Positions 48,278 through 59,170 of a stretch of DNA of 64,000 nt are shown one piece after another; position 1 is the first letter of the stretch; every line of letters starts with the position of its first letter. This DNA is from Alphaproteobacteria bacterium (GTDB lineage: Bacteria > Pseudomonadota > Alphaproteobacteria > CALKHQ01). The translations under genes were made by a program, and so were the position numbers. Where the stretch lies: positions 768,001 to 832,000 of the forward strand of contig CBDDFZ010000001.1 of the NCBI GenBank assembly GCA_965227515.1. The letters are read 5' to 3'. The notes under the pieces were generated by a model, which saw only the letters and a list, made by a program, of their open reading frames with translations, did no database searches and was not told the origin of the DNA.

Positions 48278-49099
48278 TTATCCCGCCGTCTTCAGCACCT
48301 TCCTGAGCGCATTGTGCACATTATCGTTGCCCGCCAGGATGCTGAGCTTGCCGATCGGGTCCGGCCCGCCGGCGACGTCGGAGACCATGCCGCCCGCCTC
48401 GCGCACCAGAACGATGCCGGCCGCCATGTCCCAGGGCGAGATCGTGCCTTCCCAGAAGCCGTCGAACCGGCCGGCCGCGGTGTAGGCGAGGTCGATGGCA
48501 GCCGAACCGAAGCGGCGGATGGTGGCCCCGGCATCCGATACCTTGTCGAACTCGGCCAGGAAGCGGGCCCGCTTGTCCGGCGCCAGCGCGGATCCGGGAT
48601 TCAGCCCGGTCGCCAGCAGGCAGTCGGTCAGCTTCACCCGGCTGGCCACCCGCAGCCGCCGGTCGAGCGCGCGCCGGTCGGCGACATAGGCGCCGACGCC
48701 GCGTTCGGCCCAGAACAGCTCGTCGCGGATCGGGTCGTAGACGACGCCGGCAATCACCTCCTTGTCGCGCTCCAGCCCGATGGAGATCGCCCAGTGCGGA
48801 ATGCCGTGCAGGAAGTTGTTGGTGCCGTCCAGCGGGTCGACCAGCCAGCGGTGCTGGCCGTCGCCGGCCACCTCGCCGCCCTCTTCCAGCAGGAAGCCGT
48901 ATTCGGGGCGCGCGCGCTCCAGCTCCTCGCGGATGATCTTTTCGGCACGGAAATCGGCCTGGCTGACGAAATCGCCCGGCCCCTTGCGCGAGACCTGCAG
49001 GTTCTCGACCTCGCCGAAGTCGTGCAGCAGGCTGCGGGCAGCCTTCAGCGCCGCCTTGGCCATGACATTGATGGTGGGCGACCGGCGCGACGTGGCCAT
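48278..49099 (-). CDS. suhB: Inositol monophosphatase
   Basis: DFVSQAD; WLVDPLDGTNNFLHG; WDMAAG. Confidence 0.93.
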   Translation of the reverse strand: MATSRRSPTINVMAKAALKAARSLLHDFGEVENLQVSRKGPGDFVSQADFRAEKIIREELERARPEYGFLLEEGGEVAGDGQHRWLVDPLDGTNNFLHGIPHWAISIGLERDKEVIAGVVYDPIRDELFWAERGVGAYVADRRALDRRLRVASRVKLTDCLLATGLNPGSALAPDKRARFLAEFDKVSDAGATIRRFGSAAIDLAYTAAGRFDGFWEGTISPWDMAAGIVLVREAGGMVSDVAGGPDPIGKLSILAGNDNVHNALRKVLKTAG

Positions 49100-49176
49100 G
49101 ACGGACTCCTGGAACGAGAGAATGGCCCGGCGGCAGCCGCCGGGATGGGCGCGGAACGAGAGCGGGCTGGCGCGCC

Positions 49177-49746
49177 CTAGTCCTTCGCGCGCTCCACATA
49201 GGTGAAGTCGACGGTGTTGACCACCACGCGGGTGCCGCTCTCGATGTGCGGCGGCACCATCACGCGCACGCCGTTCTCCAGCACCGCCGGCTTGTAGGAC
49301 GACGACGCGGTCTGGCCCTTGACCACCGCATCCGCCTCCACGATCTCCATGGTCACGTGCTGCGGCAGGGTCACCCCCAGCGTCGAGCCCTCGTGGCTTT
49401 CCACCGTCACCATCATGCCTTCCTGCAGGAACTTGGCGTGCTCGGCGCCGATCAGGTCTTCGCCGACGGTGATCTGCTCGTAGGTCTCGTTGTCCATGAA
49501 GGTGTGCTGGTCGCCCTCGGCGTAGAGATATTGATATTCCTTCTCGTCCAGCCGCGCGCGCTCGACCGTTTCCGACGCGCGGAACCGCTCGTTCAGCTTG
49601 GTGCCGTCGCGCAGGTTCTTCAGCTCGACCTGCATATAGGCCGGACCCTTGCCCGGCTTGACGTGCTGCACCTTGACCGCGCGCCACAGGCCGTCCTGGT
49701 GCTCGATGACGTTGCCCGGACGGACCTCGTTGCCATTGATCTTCAT
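49177..49746 (-). CDS. efp: Elongation factor P
   Basis: HVKPGKG; FMDNETYEQ; KPAVLENG. Confidence 0.97.
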   Translation of the reverse strand: MKINGNEVRPGNVIEHQDGLWRAVKVQHVKPGKGPAYMQVELKNLRDGTKLNERFRASETVERARLDEKEYQYLYAEGDQHTFMDNETYEQITVGEDLIGAEHAKFLQEGMMVTVESHEGSTLGVTLPQHVTMEIVEADAVVKGQTASSSYKPAVLENGVRVMVPPHIESGTRVVVNTVDFTYVERAKD

Positions 49747-49810
49747 GGATTGGGTTCAGTGGTGGTTGGAGTTGCGCGGCTTATAGCGGTGAGAACCGCA
49801 TGGTTCAATG

Positions 49811-50692
49811 CTAGCGGTTATGATGGTCCTGCTGCACCAGCGCCATCAGCCCGGCCTTGTAGGTCGGGTATTGCGGCGCCCAGCCCAGCTCGCGTTTCAG
49901 CTTGGCGTTGCTGACGCGCCGGTTGGCGGCCCAGAACGAGCGCTTCATGGCGCTCATCTCGGCGGTGTCGAAGTCTTCCTCCGGCGGCGGGTCGATGCCG
50001 AGGAGTGCCGCGGCATAGGCGATCACCTCCGGCTGCGGCGCCGGCGCGTCGTCGCAGACGTTGAAGGTGCGCAGGCCGCTCGGGCTGGCAATGCACAGCT
50101 TCAAGGCCGCGACGATGTCGTCGACATGGATGCGCGAGAACACCTGGCCCGGCTTGACGAGGCGGCGCGCGGTGCCGTCGCGCACCTGATCCAGCACCGA
50201 GCGGCCCGGCCCGTAGATGCCGGCGAGCCGCAGGATATCGACCGCGATGCCGGTGTCGGCCTGAAACCGCGCCCAGGCCGCCTCCGCCGCCACACGTCGC
50301 CTGGACCGTGCATTCGGCGGCGCGACGGGCGTGTCCTCGTCGACCCAGGCCCCGCCGGCATCGCCATAGACGCCGGTGGTGGCGAGGTAGCCGACCCAGC
50401 CCAAGGCGGCACGCGCGGGCTGCGATCGCAGTGCGGCCAGGGCCACGTCGGGCGTGTCGGACTCATCGTCGGGCGGGGTCGACACCAGCACGTGGGTCGC
50501 CTCGGCCAGCGCCGCCGCCATCGGCTCGTCGGGCGTGCCGCCATCGAAGACATGGGGCTGGAAGCCGGCGCGGCGCAGTCCGGCGAGCCTTTCGGTGCTG
50601 CGGGTGGTGCCGTGGACCGTCCAGCCCTCGGCCAGTAGCGCGCGGCCCAGCCGGGCCGCCACGTAGCCAAGCCCGAAACAAAAGAGCTTCAT
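49811..50692 (-). CDS. Atypical SDR / NAD-dependent epimerase
   Basis: FGLGYVA; TTGVYGD; RLAGIYGPGR; FSRIHVDD. Confidence 0.9.
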   Translation of the reverse strand: MKLFCFGLGYVAARLGRALLAEGWTVHGTTRSTERLAGLRRAGFQPHVFDGGTPDEPMAAALAEATHVLVSTPPDDESDTPDVALAALRSQPARAALGWVGYLATTGVYGDAGGAWVDEDTPVAPPNARSRRRVAAEAAWARFQADTGIAVDILRLAGIYGPGRSVLDQVRDGTARRLVKPGQVFSRIHVDDIVAALKLCIASPSGLRTFNVCDDAPAPQPEVIAYAAALLGIDPPPEEDFDTAEMSAMKRSFWAANRRVSNAKLKRELGWAPQYPTYKAGLMALVQQDHHNR

Positions 50693-51393
50693 CAGTTGCG
50701 ACTAAGCGCCAGTTCGCCGAGCGCCTTGGCGATCTCCCGGTTGAAGGCGCGCACCGCCTCGGCCGGGCCGTCCGCGTAGTCCCACACCGCCGTCACCACG
50801 GCGATGAAGTCGGCACCGGCGCGCACCAGCCCGCCGCAATTGGCCTGGGTGATGCCGCCGATGGCCACGCACGGCACCTCGAAGATGTCCTGCCACCAGG
50901 TCAGCAGCTCGGGCTCGGGCGCGAACTTGCGCGGCTTGGTCTCGGTGGGGAAGAACGCGCCGAAGGCGACATAGTCGGCGCCGCCCTCCGCCGCCTCCAT
51001 CGCCAGATGGCGGGAATCGTGGCAGGTCACGCCGACGATGGCGTCCTCGCCAAGCCAATCGCGGGCATCGACCAGCGACGCATCGGACTGGCCGACATGT
51101 ACGCCGTCGCAGCCGGTTTCGGCCGCCAGGTCGGGCCGGTCGTTCATGATGAACGCCACGTCGCGCGACTGCGCGATCGGCGCCAGACGCTCCGCAGCCC
51201 GGCGCACGGTGTCGTCATCGACATCCTTCAGGCGAAGCTGCACGCAGGCGACGTCATCGGCGTCCAGCGCCGCCGCCAGCGGGTCGGCGAACGCGTCCGG
51301 GTCCAGCGCCGGCGGCGTGACAAGATAGAGCCGGCAGGTGCGCGGGTCGCTGCCCGTGTTCGGGTCAGACCCCGCGCCCTGAACCTTGCTCAT
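50692..51393 (-). CDS. thiE: Thiamine phosphate synthase
   Basis: LYLVTP; VQLRLK; NDRPDLA; GVHVGQSD; AIGGIT. Confidence 0.9.
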   Translation of the reverse strand: MSKVQGAGSDPNTGSDPRTCRLYLVTPPALDPDAFADPLAAALDADDVACVQLRLKDVDDDTVRRAAERLAPIAQSRDVAFIMNDRPDLAAETGCDGVHVGQSDASLVDARDWLGEDAIVGVTCHDSRHLAMEAAEGGADYVAFGAFFPTETKPRKFAPEPELLTWWQDIFEVPCVAIGGITQANCGGLVRAGADFIAVVTAVWDYADGPAEAVRAFNREIAKALGELALSRN

Positions 51394-52313
51394 TCCTTGC
51401 CCTGGTAGATGTCGATCAGCTTGGCGAGCAGCTCCTTGGCGTCGTCGTAGGAACGCTGGAAGCTGTTGCGGCCGATGATCGAGCCGTTGCCGCCGCCGTC
51501 GCGGATGTCGCGGGCGTCCTGGAACACGGCGTCGGCGCCCTTGGCCGAGCCGCCGGAGAACACCACGATGCGGCGGCCGTCGAAGCAGCATTGCATGATG
51601 TGCGCCACGCGCTCGGCCTGGGTCGCGAACGCGATCTTGTGCTCGCGATAGACCTTGGCGGCCTCGTCCTGCTCCAGGTGGTCGGTCGGCAGCTTGACCT
51701 TGACGATGTGCGCCCCGAGCAGACAGGCCATGTGCGCGCCGTAGCCGATGACGTCGATGCCGGTCTCGCCGGCCGTCGACATGGCGCCGCGCGGGTAGGA
51801 CCAGACCACGGAGGCGAGGCCAACCGCCTTCGCCTCGGCGATCATGTCGCGCACTTCCTCGTACATGTCATAGGTGTGGTCTGAGCCGGGGTAGATGGTG
51901 AAGCCGACCGCGACGCAGCCCAGCCTGAGCGCATCGTCGATGCCGGCGGTGATCGCCTGGTCGTGGCCGGCGCCGGCGGCCAGCGTGTTGGCGCTGTTCA
52001 TCTTCAGGATCAGCGGCACCTGGCCGGCATAGGTGGAGGCACCCGCCTCCAGCGCGCCCAGCGGCGCGGCGTAGGCGTTGAGGCCGGCGTCGACGGCCAG
52101 CTTGAACAGATAGTGCGGGTCGTAGGCGACGGGGTTGGGCGCGAAGCTGCGCGCCGGTCCGTGCTCGAAGCCCTGGTCGACCGGCAGGATGATCATCTTG
52201 CCGCTGCCGCCCAGCCGGCCGTTCATCAGCAGGCGGGCGAGGTTGGTCTTGGTGCCCGGATTGTCGCTCTCGTAGTTGTCGAGGATCCGGCGCACCTTCT
52301 GTGTCACGCGCAT
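51390..52313 (-). CDS. fbaB: Class I fructose-bisphosphate aldolase
   Basis: [12 protein letters not shown]; WSYPRG; IVKVK; FSGG; IIGRNSFQR. Confidence 0.92.
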   Translation of the reverse strand: MRVTQKVRRILDNYESDNPGTKTNLARLLMNGRLGGSGKMIILPVDQGFEHGPARSFAPNPVAYDPHYLFKLAVDAGLNAYAAPLGALEAGASTYAGQVPLILKMNSANTLAAGAGHDQAITAGIDDALRLGCVAVGFTIYPGSDHTYDMYEEVRDMIAEAKAVGLASVVWSYPRGAMSTAGETGIDVIGYGAHMACLLGAHIVKVKLPTDHLEQDEAAKVYREHKIAFATQAERVAHIMQCCFDGRRIVVFSGGSAKGADAVFQDARDIRDGGGNGSIIGRNSFQRSYDDAKELLAKLIDIYQGKE

Positions 52314-52370
52314 GGCGGAACTCCAAATCGGTCGTAGGGGGTCTGGATAATTCGCGGACGCGAAAGTGCG

Positions 52371-52832
52371 TCAAATGTCGCCGGCGCGCAACCAGTCACG
52401 ACATGCGCCGCCCGGGTCCTTTTGCAATCGCAGGTCGAGCACGGGTGGGGCGCTTGCCAGAAGCTCCGCGCCGCAGATGCGCGCCAGGGCTTGCAGACTG
52501 GCCGCGGCCGGACCGTCGTAGACGAGGCGCCCGGCGCCCAATTCCAGCGCCAGCATGGCCCGCCCGGCGGCACCGCCGCTGTCGAACATGCAGTCGGCGT
52601 CGACGTCGGGCCAATTGGCCTGCGCCTGGCGCGTCATGTCGAGGAACCACGCCGGCCCGGCGAACAGCGCGGCGTCGGCATGGTTGATCAGGGTGACCGG
52701 CACGCCCTCGAGTGCGGCGGCCTGCAATGCGAGTTCGGCCTCGGCGAGCCCGTGGACAACGACGGCACGACCCGATGTCGGCTTGGACCCGGAGTCACGA
52801 TCGGTTGACCGCGTGGCGCGAGACTTGCCCAT
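52371..52832 (-). CDS. Conserved hypothetical protein
   Basis: ORF co-oriented with fbaB, AVVVHG...AGPAWF...D.G.AAG.A pattern; start uncertain. Confidence 0.6.
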   Translation of the reverse strand: MGKSRATRSTDRDSGSKPTSGRAVVVHGLAEAELALQAAALEGVPVTLINHADAALFAGPAWFLDMTRQAQANWPDVDADCMFDSGGAAGRAMLALELGAGRLVYDGPAAASLQALARICGAELLASAPPVLDLRLQKDPGGACRDWLRAGDI

Positions 52833-53025
52833 CGGGCGTGTTCGCCACGCGGCTGCGCCTTGCGACAGGTGAAGTCCGGGTGGTTTGGCAGGTCCGGTCA
52901 TCGGTGCAACCGACCATACCACCGGCATTCCGGCTGTGCACCCTGCGGGTGAGCGGCGTGGCACTCCCCTGCGCGCGCCAGGACCGCCCCGTGAAAGAGG
53001 GGCGGAAACCGGAGCGGCTTCGGCT

Positions 53026-53043
53026 ACGCGAACCGCGTAGCAA
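53026..53043. terminator. Possible terminator hairpin GCTACGCG-AAC-CGCGTAGC
   Basis: 8-bp stem just downstream of the 53052-53267 gene; no strong U-tract; coordinates approximate. Confidence 0.4.
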
Positions 53044-53051
53044 TGTAGATG

Positions 53052-53267
53052 TTAGTGGGCTGCGTGCACACCATTCTGGCCGCGGGCGTCATGACCACGC
53101 GTGAGGGCGGACCACAGCATCATCGGCGCGCGAAACACGGCGCGCATGGCGCGGGACATGCCGGCGCCCACGGCGTCTGCCTGCATCTGACGGGCACGGT
53201 GGATGTGAAACTGTATCTCGGCATCTGTAGGCACGGAATCGATCTCCAAGTTCGTGTGGTGCAACAT
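53052..53267 (-). CDS. Small protein, RSP_7527-like
   Basis: AAGGAGG RBS with TTG start; I..HI.RAR.M.A.A pattern. Confidence 0.6.
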   Translation of the reverse strand: MLHHTNLEIDSVPTDAEIQFHIHRARQMQADAVGAGMSRAMRAVFRAPMMLWSALTRGHDARGQNGVHAAH

Positions 53268-53582
53268 CGGGGCACCTCCTTTTCACGGGCAGGTTTCGGC
53301 AGAATTGCCAATCAGGCTGCTGAACGAAACACTTGGATATAGTTGGGGACTACTGACCTATTGTGCAGCGCAATATGCGCATGGCTTCCATGCGCTGAGC
53401 GCGGATGGAAAGGCCATCCGCGCGCCCGCCATTAACTCTGTTTCCACACTTCGGTGATCCACACGACTTATCGTGCACGCAGGAGCTGCCGGGCGGTCAC
53501 CGTTGGCGGTACCGCGAAATGAGGAGTGTCGGCACACGTGTGGTCGGTTCCGCCGGGTGCAAAAATCGATTAGATTGGGGCC

Positions 53583-54305
53583 ATGAACGATCGGACACCG
53601 CCTCTGCCGAAGTTCATGTATGTCACGCCGCCCCGGCCGTGCCCCTATCTGCCCGGCCGGATCGAGCGCGACATCTTCATGGAGCTGAACGGCGACGACC
53701 CCGACGGCATGCACGTGCGGCTTGCCCGGCTGGGCTTCCGCCGCAGCCATAATGTGGTCTACCGGCCCGATTGCCCGGGCTGCCGCGCCTGCGTCTCCGT
53801 GCGCGTGGTCGCCAACGAGTTCCGCCCCCAGCGCAGCCTGCGCCGGATCTGGCAGCGCAATGCCGACCTGCACGTCACCGCGCGTCCCGCCATCGGCAAT
53901 GCCGAGCAGTTCGCCCTGTTCAGCGCCTACCAGAACGCCCGCCATGGCGAGGGCGAGATGTCGTACATGACACTGGACGACTATTGCGGCATGGTCGAGA
54001 ACACGGTGGTCGACAGCCGGGTGTTCGAGTTCCGCGACAGCAGCCACCGGCTTGTGGCCGCCTGCCTGGCTGATGTGATGCGCGACGGCTATTCCGCCGT
54101 CTACAGCTTCTTCGATCCGGACCTGGCCGACCGCAGCCTGGGCACGCACGTGATCTTGTGGCTGATCGAAACCGCGCGCCGCGAGCAGCAGCCATACGTC
54201 TATCTCGGCTACTGGATCGGGCGCAGCGCCAAGATGGCCTACAAGACCCGGTTTCGGCCCATCGAGGCGCTGAACGGCCAGTCCTGGCGCCGGCTGGATA
54301 GTTAG
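53583..54305 (+). CDS. bpt: Arginyl/leucyl-tRNA-protein transferase (ATE-like Bpt)
   Basis: PCPYLPGR.ER; GFRRS; YRPDC..C.AC; SAVYSFFDP; YLGYWI...KM.YK. Confidence 0.9.
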   Translation: MNDRTPPLPKFMYVTPPRPCPYLPGRIERDIFMELNGDDPDGMHVRLARLGFRRSHNVVYRPDCPGCRACVSVRVVANEFRPQRSLRRIWQRNADLHVTARPAIGNAEQFALFSAYQNARHGEGEMSYMTLDDYCGMVENTVVDSRVFEFRDSSHRLVAACLADVMRDGYSAVYSFFDPDLADRSLGTHVILWLIETARREQQPYVYLGYWIGRSAKMAYKTRFRPIEALNGQSWRRLDS

Positions 54306-54513
54306 CACCGTCGCCGGTCTTGCACGCTGAGGCGTACGCAAGGCTGCCCACGCTCCGCAGTTGCGCAAGAGTGCCGCGCGCCTATACTCCTGCCGATGAC
54401 ATTGACATGACGCCGCCGCGCGCTCGGGGCGCGGGGCAGAGAATTAAGGGCCAGTGCCGCCGACGGGCGCCCACCGCCCACAAACAAGCCTACACACGAC
54501 AGGGAGATACCAC

Positions 54514-55623
54514 GTGAAACGCCGCAATTTCCTCGCCACCGGTGCGGTGGCCGGTGTCGCCGCAGCAGCGAGCAACCTGCCGAAGCCGGCAATCGCCCAG
54601 GACGTCCGCGAGATCAAGCTGGTCACCACCTGGCCGAAGAACTTCCCGGGCCTAGGCACCGGCGCGCAGCGCTTCGCCGACCGGGTGACCGCGATGACCG
54701 GCGGCCGGCTGAACGTCACCCTCTACGCCGCGGGCGAGCTGGTGCCGCCGTTCGAGTCCTTCAACGCCGTCTCCAACGGCGACGCGGAGATGTATCACGG
54801 CGCCGCCTATTACTGGCAGGGCAACTCGACCGCGTTCAACTTCTTTGCCGCGGTGCCGTTCGGGCTCACCGCCAGCGAGCTTAACGCCTGGATCTATCAC
54901 CTCGGCGGCCAGGAGCTGTGGGACGAGCTGGCCGGCCGCTTCAACATCAAGTGCATGATGTGCGGCAACTCCGGCGTGCAGATGGGCGGCTGGTTCAACA
55001 AGGAAATCAACAGCCTGGACGACATGCAGGGCCTGAAGATCCGCATGCCGGGCCTGGGCGGCGAAGTGCTGCGCAAGGTCGGTGCGGCGGCGGTGTCGCT
55101 GCCGGGCGGCGAGATCTATCCGGCGCTGGAATCCGGCGCCATCGATGCCACCGAGTGGGTCGGGCCGTGGAACGACCTGGCGTTCGGCTTCTACAAGGTC
55201 ACCCAGTACTACTACTATCCCGGCTTCCACGAGCCCGGCACCGCGCTGGACCTGGGCATCAACCTGGACTTCTGGAACAGCCTGTCGTCCGAAGACCAGG
55301 ACATCATCTCGGCCGCCGCGCAGGCCGAGACCACCAACATCCTGGCCGAGTTCGACGCCCGCAACTCCGATGCGCTGGCCACCCTGCTGGACGAGCACGG
55401 CGTGGAGCTGCGCCGCTTCTCCAACGACGTGCTGAACGCCATCGGCGAGAAGTCCGGCGAGGTGCTGACCGAGGTGGCGGAAGCGGGCGACGACCTGACG
55501 AAGCGCATCTACGACAGCTTCATGAACGCGCGCCAGATCGCCATCGGCTGGACCAAGCTGTCCACCGGTGCGTTCACCGACGCCCGCCTGCTGCCGTTCC
55601 CGTACGGCCGCGCGCCGGAATAG
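54514..55623 (+). CDS. TRAP substrate-binding protein (TakP-like, Tat)
   Basis: GTG start KRRNFL; QMGGWFNKEI; EWVGPWND; YYYPGFHEP. Confidence 0.93.
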   Translation: MKRRNFLATGAVAGVAAAASNLPKPAIAQDVREIKLVTTWPKNFPGLGTGAQRFADRVTAMTGGRLNVTLYAAGELVPPFESFNAVSNGDAEMYHGAAYYWQGNSTAFNFFAAVPFGLTASELNAWIYHLGGQELWDELAGRFNIKCMMCGNSGVQMGGWFNKEINSLDDMQGLKIRMPGLGGEVLRKVGAAAVSLPGGEIYPALESGAIDATEWVGPWNDLAFGFYKVTQYYYYPGFHEPGTALDLGINLDFWNSLSSEDQDIISAAAQAETTNILAEFDARNSDALATLLDEHGVELRRFSNDVLNAIGEKSGEVLTEVAEAGDDLTKRIYDSFMNARQIAIGWTKLSTGAFTDARLLPFPYGRAPE

Positions 55624-55717
55624 GCGCCGGTCCCGACGGCACGACGTGACGCCCACCTGGCCGCGCGCCGGGTGGGCCTTGCCCATATGAGGCGCACACG
55701 ATGCTTCGACCATCTCC

Positions 55718-56269
55718 ATGATCGAAGGCCTTCAGTGTATCCACCGCCTGATTGACCGCATGAGCCGCGTGATCGGGCTGGTCATCGCCTGGTACGCGGT
55801 GTGGATGGTGGTCATCCAGTTCGCCGTGGTCATCATGCGCTATGTGTTCGGCTACGGGTCGATCCAGATGCAGGAGTCCATCGTCTACCTGCACGGTGTC
55901 CTGTTCATGATCGGCGCGGGATACACCCTGATGGTCGGCGGCCATGTGCGCGTCGACATCTTCTACCGGGACGCCCGCCCGACCCGGAAAGCCATCGTCG
56001 ACCTTGCCGGCGTCTGCCTGCTGCTGCTGCCGTTCTGCGTCATCGTGATCATCGTGTCGTGGGGCCCGGTGCTGCAGTCGTGGGAGACCATGGAGGGCTC
56101 GCGCGAGACCAGCGGTATCCAGGCGGTCTACCTGCTGCGCACGGTGATCCCGATCTTCGCCCTGCTCGTCGGCTTACAGGGCATCTCGGTGGCGGTGCGC
56201 GCGATCCTGACCCTGCTGGGCCACGAGCCGAGGCCGATCGCGTCCGACGCGGCGCGCGAGGGCGCATGA
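55718..56269 (+). CDS. dctQ: TRAP small permease
   Basis: Four TM helices; GHVRVDIFY. Confidence 0.92.
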   Translation: MIEGLQCIHRLIDRMSRVIGLVIAWYAVWMVVIQFAVVIMRYVFGYGSIQMQESIVYLHGVLFMIGAGYTLMVGGHVRVDIFYRDARPTRKAIVDLAGVCLLLLPFCVIVIIVSWGPVLQSWETMEGSRETSGIQAVYLLRTVIPIFALLVGLQGISVAVRAILTLLGHEPRPIASDAAREGA

Positions 56270-56286
56270 CGGGCTGGAACGCACAG

Positions 56287-56326
56287 GGCCGCAAGCCAGG
56301 CCGAAAGCCGGGCCGAAAGCCAGGCC
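56287..56326. repeat. Tandem repeat, 12-bp unit GGCCG(A/C)AAGCC(A/G) x3.3, between dctQ and dctM
   Basis: Read directly. Confidence 0.8.
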
Positions 56327-56333
56327 ACTTGCC

Positions 56334-57899
56334 ATGGAGCTGATCGCCGGCGCGATGTTCCTGGTCGCCATCGTCGTGCTGATGGCGGGCTTCCCGGTTG
56401 CCTTCACCCTGGGCGGGACCGCGCTCGCCTTCGCGCTAGGCGGCCTGGTCGCCGGCGTGTTCGATATGTCATTCGTCGGCTTTCTGCCGGCCCGCATCTT
56501 CGGCACCATGACCAACGAGGTGCTGATCGCGGTGCCCCTGTTCGTGTTCATGGGGGTGACGCTCGAACGCTCCAAGGTTGCCGAGGAACTGCTGGAGACC
56601 ATGGGCCAGCTCTTCGGCCGCATGCGTGGCGGGCTCGGCATCTCGGTCACTGTCGTCGGCGCGCTGCTGGCGGCGTCGACCGGCATCGTCGGCGCGACCG
56701 TGGTGACGATGGGGCTGCTGGCGCTGCCGACCATGCTGAAACGCGGCTACAGCGCGCCGCTCGCCTGCGGGTCCATCGCCGCTGCCGGCACCCTGGGCCA
56801 GATCATCCCGCCTTCCATCGTGCTTGTGCTGCTGGGCGACCAGATTTCCAACGCCTATGTCGACGCGCAGCGCGAGTTCGGCAACTGGTCGCCGGAGCCG
56901 GTGTCTGTCGGCGACCTGTTCGCCGGCGCGCTGCTGCCGGGGCTGATGCTGGTCGGCCTCTACCTGCTCTATCAGCTCGCAATGGCGCTGTTCCGGCCGT
57001 CCTCCTCGCCGGCGATGCCGGCCGCCGAGGGCGACGGGCTGACGATCGGCCGCGTCATGCACGCGCTGGTGCCGCCGCTGGTGCTGATCGTCGCCGTGCT
57101 GGGCTCGATCCTGACCGGCATCGCGTTCCCCACCGAGGCCGCCGGTGTCGGCGCCGTCGGCGCCCTGCTGCTGGCGGGCATGCGCCAGCCGGGCAAGTCG
57201 AAGCTGCCGATCTATGCGGCGTTCTTGGCCCTGCTCGCCTTGCTTTTCCTGCAATCGGCCGCCGACCTGCGGGTGACCCGCGATGAGATTTCCTCCGGCG
57301 ACTACGTCTGGATCGTGGTCGCCATGGTGCTGTGCGCGGTCGTCGCCTGGGGCCTGCTGGTGGCGCTGTGGCGCACCTTGCTCAACGACATCCTGGGCAA
57401 GGTCGCGATCTCGACCATGGAAATCAGCTCCATGGTCTTCATCATCCTGATCGGCGCGGCCCTGTTCAGCCTGGTGTTCCGCGGCTATGGCGGCGACGAG
57501 GCGGTGAAGGACCTGTTGATCAACGAGGGCACCGACGCCGACATCGTGCGCTCCATCGCCCTGGTCATGCTGGTGATGTTCGTCCTCGGTTTCTTCCTGG
57601 ATTTCCTGGAGATCACGTTCGTGGTGGTGCCGGTGGTGGCACCCGCCCTGCTGGCCAACGACTTCATCAGCCCGGTCTGGCTCGGTGTGCTGATGGCGAT
57701 GAACCTGCAGACCTCGTTCCTGACCCCGCCATTCGGCTTCGCGCTGTTCTACCTGCGTGGGGTGGCGCCACCCCAGGTCTCGACGATGCAGATTTATCGC
57801 GGCGTATTGCCGTTCATCGTCATCCAGATCATCGGGCTCGGCATCCTGGCGCTGTTCCCGGAACTGGCGACCTGGCTGCCCGAGGTCCTGTTCGCGTGA
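56334..57899 (+). CDS. dctM: TRAP large permease
   Basis: AVPLFVFMG; GTLGQIIPPS; SFLTPPFG. Confidence 0.94.
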   Translation: MELIAGAMFLVAIVVLMAGFPVAFTLGGTALAFALGGLVAGVFDMSFVGFLPARIFGTMTNEVLIAVPLFVFMGVTLERSKVAEELLETMGQLFGRMRGGLGISVTVVGALLAASTGIVGATVVTMGLLALPTMLKRGYSAPLACGSIAAAGTLGQIIPPSIVLVLLGDQISNAYVDAQREFGNWSPEPVSVGDLFAGALLPGLMLVGLYLLYQLAMALFRPSSSPAMPAAEGDGLTIGRVMHALVPPLVLIVAVLGSILTGIAFPTEAAGVGAVGALLLAGMRQPGKSKLPIYAAFLALLALLFLQSAADLRVTRDEISSGDYVWIVVAMVLCAVVAWGLLVALWRTLLNDILGKVAISTMEISSMVFIILIGAALFSLVFRGYGGDEAVKDLLINEGTDADIVRSIALVMLVMFVLGFFLDFLEITFVVVPVVAPALLANDFISPVWLGVLMAMNLQTSFLTPPFGFALFYLRGVAPPQVSTMQIYRGVLPFIVIQIIGLGILALFPELATWLPEVLFA

Positions 57900-59116
57900 G
57901 CGACGGCGCCAGTTCGACCGGTTCCGGTCCGACGGGCCCCAAGCCGTCCGGGCCATCGCGCATCGTCCTTTTCAAGTCCGGGTTCCAGTACGGCGCCATC
58001 AACATCTTCGTCGACGGCCTGGCGCGCGGGTTCGCTGGCCTCGGCTACCGGACCGACATCGTCCAGGCCGACGCCGACGAGGACCAGGTGCGCGCGGATC
58101 TGCGGGCCGCGCTGGCCCAGCCGCAGGACGTGTTTGCCGTGGTCGGGGCTGGCGGCACGCTCTGCGATCTCGGCTCCGGCGGCCAGAACCTGTACGTGCG
58201 GCTTGGCGTGCCGTACGTGGCGTACATCACCGACCATCCCAGCTATGCGCTGCAACGGCTGTCGCGGGGCGGCAATCTGGTGGTGACCTGCGTCGACCGC
58301 CAGCACGTGCCGTTCCTGCAAGCGGCCGGTTTCCGGCACGTACACTTCGTGCCCCACGGCGCCGACCCGCCGGCAGCGCCGCCGCCACCCTTCGCGGCCC
58401 GCACCCAGGGCATGATGCTGGCCGCCACCGCAGCGGACCCTGGGCCGATACTGGCCGAGTGCCTTGAGGAGCGCGAGGGCATCGCGCGCGACCTGTTCCG
58501 GGACATCGCCACCCGCGAGGACCTTGCCACCATGGCGGATGTCGAGGCCGCGCTGGACGCCGACCCGCGCACGGCACAGGTGCCCGATCTCGCCCGGTTC
58601 TCCGGCACCCGGATCATCTGGCTGAACGATTTCGAGCGTCTGATCCGGCTGGTCCGCCGGCTCGCCCTGGTCAAGGCGCTCGACCGCCCCGGCACCGCGC
58701 TGGACCTCTTTGGCAAGGGGTGGGACGCGTTCGGGTTCGCCCATCATCGCGCACACGGCCCGGTACCGTTCGACCAGATCCTGGCGCTGCACGCAGACTA
58801 CCGGTTCACGCTGCATCCGAACCCGTTGTTCACCGAGTCACCGCACGAGCGCCCGCTCTATGCGGCGCTGGCCGGCTCGGTGGTGGTGACAGACGGCAAC
58901 CCGCTGCTGCGCGCGTTGCTGCCGTTCGGCAAGGCCGCCATCGGTTTCGACCCGGCCGAGCCCGATTGGCCGGCGCAACTGGCCGCGCGCCTGACCGACA
59001 GGGGCACCGATTTCCAGGCCATCGCCGATGAAGGGCGCCGCATCGTTGCCGAAGGGCACACATGGGCCCATCGCGCCGCCGCCATCGTCGAAGCCGTGAA
59101 GGCATTTACGGCATGA
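57896..59116 (+). CDS. Glycosyltransferase (GT-B, CgeB-like)
   Basis: GTG start overlapping dctM stop; DHP; FGKGW; HER...A.LAG; HTWAHRA. Confidence 0.7.
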   Translation: MSDGASSTGSGPTGPKPSGPSRIVLFKSGFQYGAINIFVDGLARGFAGLGYRTDIVQADADEDQVRADLRAALAQPQDVFAVVGAGGTLCDLGSGGQNLYVRLGVPYVAYITDHPSYALQRLSRGGNLVVTCVDRQHVPFLQAAGFRHVHFVPHGADPPAAPPPPFAARTQGMMLAATAADPGPILAECLEEREGIARDLFRDIATREDLATMADVEAALDADPRTAQVPDLARFSGTRIIWLNDFERLIRLVRRLALVKALDRPGTALDLFGKGWDAFGFAHHRAHGPVPFDQILALHADYRFTLHPNPLFTESPHERPLYAALAGSVVVTDGNPLLRALLPFGKAAIGFDPAEPDWPAQLAARLTDRGTDFQAIADEGRRIVAEGHTWAHRAAAIVEAVKAFTA

Positions 59117-59170
59117 CGATAGTGGTTGGATGCAACCAACTGTGCTGACGACGAGATGCATTTCTTTGCG

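Noticed and set aside
48278-49687. 469-aa extended SuhB ORF overlapping efp
   Set aside because: The extension is an alternative frame of efp; the likely start is 49099 with an AGGAG RBS
52840-53025. Possible structured RNA (6S/SRP/riboswitch) in the intergenic region
   Set aside because: No diagnostic conserved motif recognised by eye; an Rfam/Infernal search would be needed
53359-53382. TTGTGCAGCGCAATATGCGCAT as a PhaR/LysR-type site
   Set aside because: Only a partial match to remembered consensus sequences and no cognate regulator adjacent
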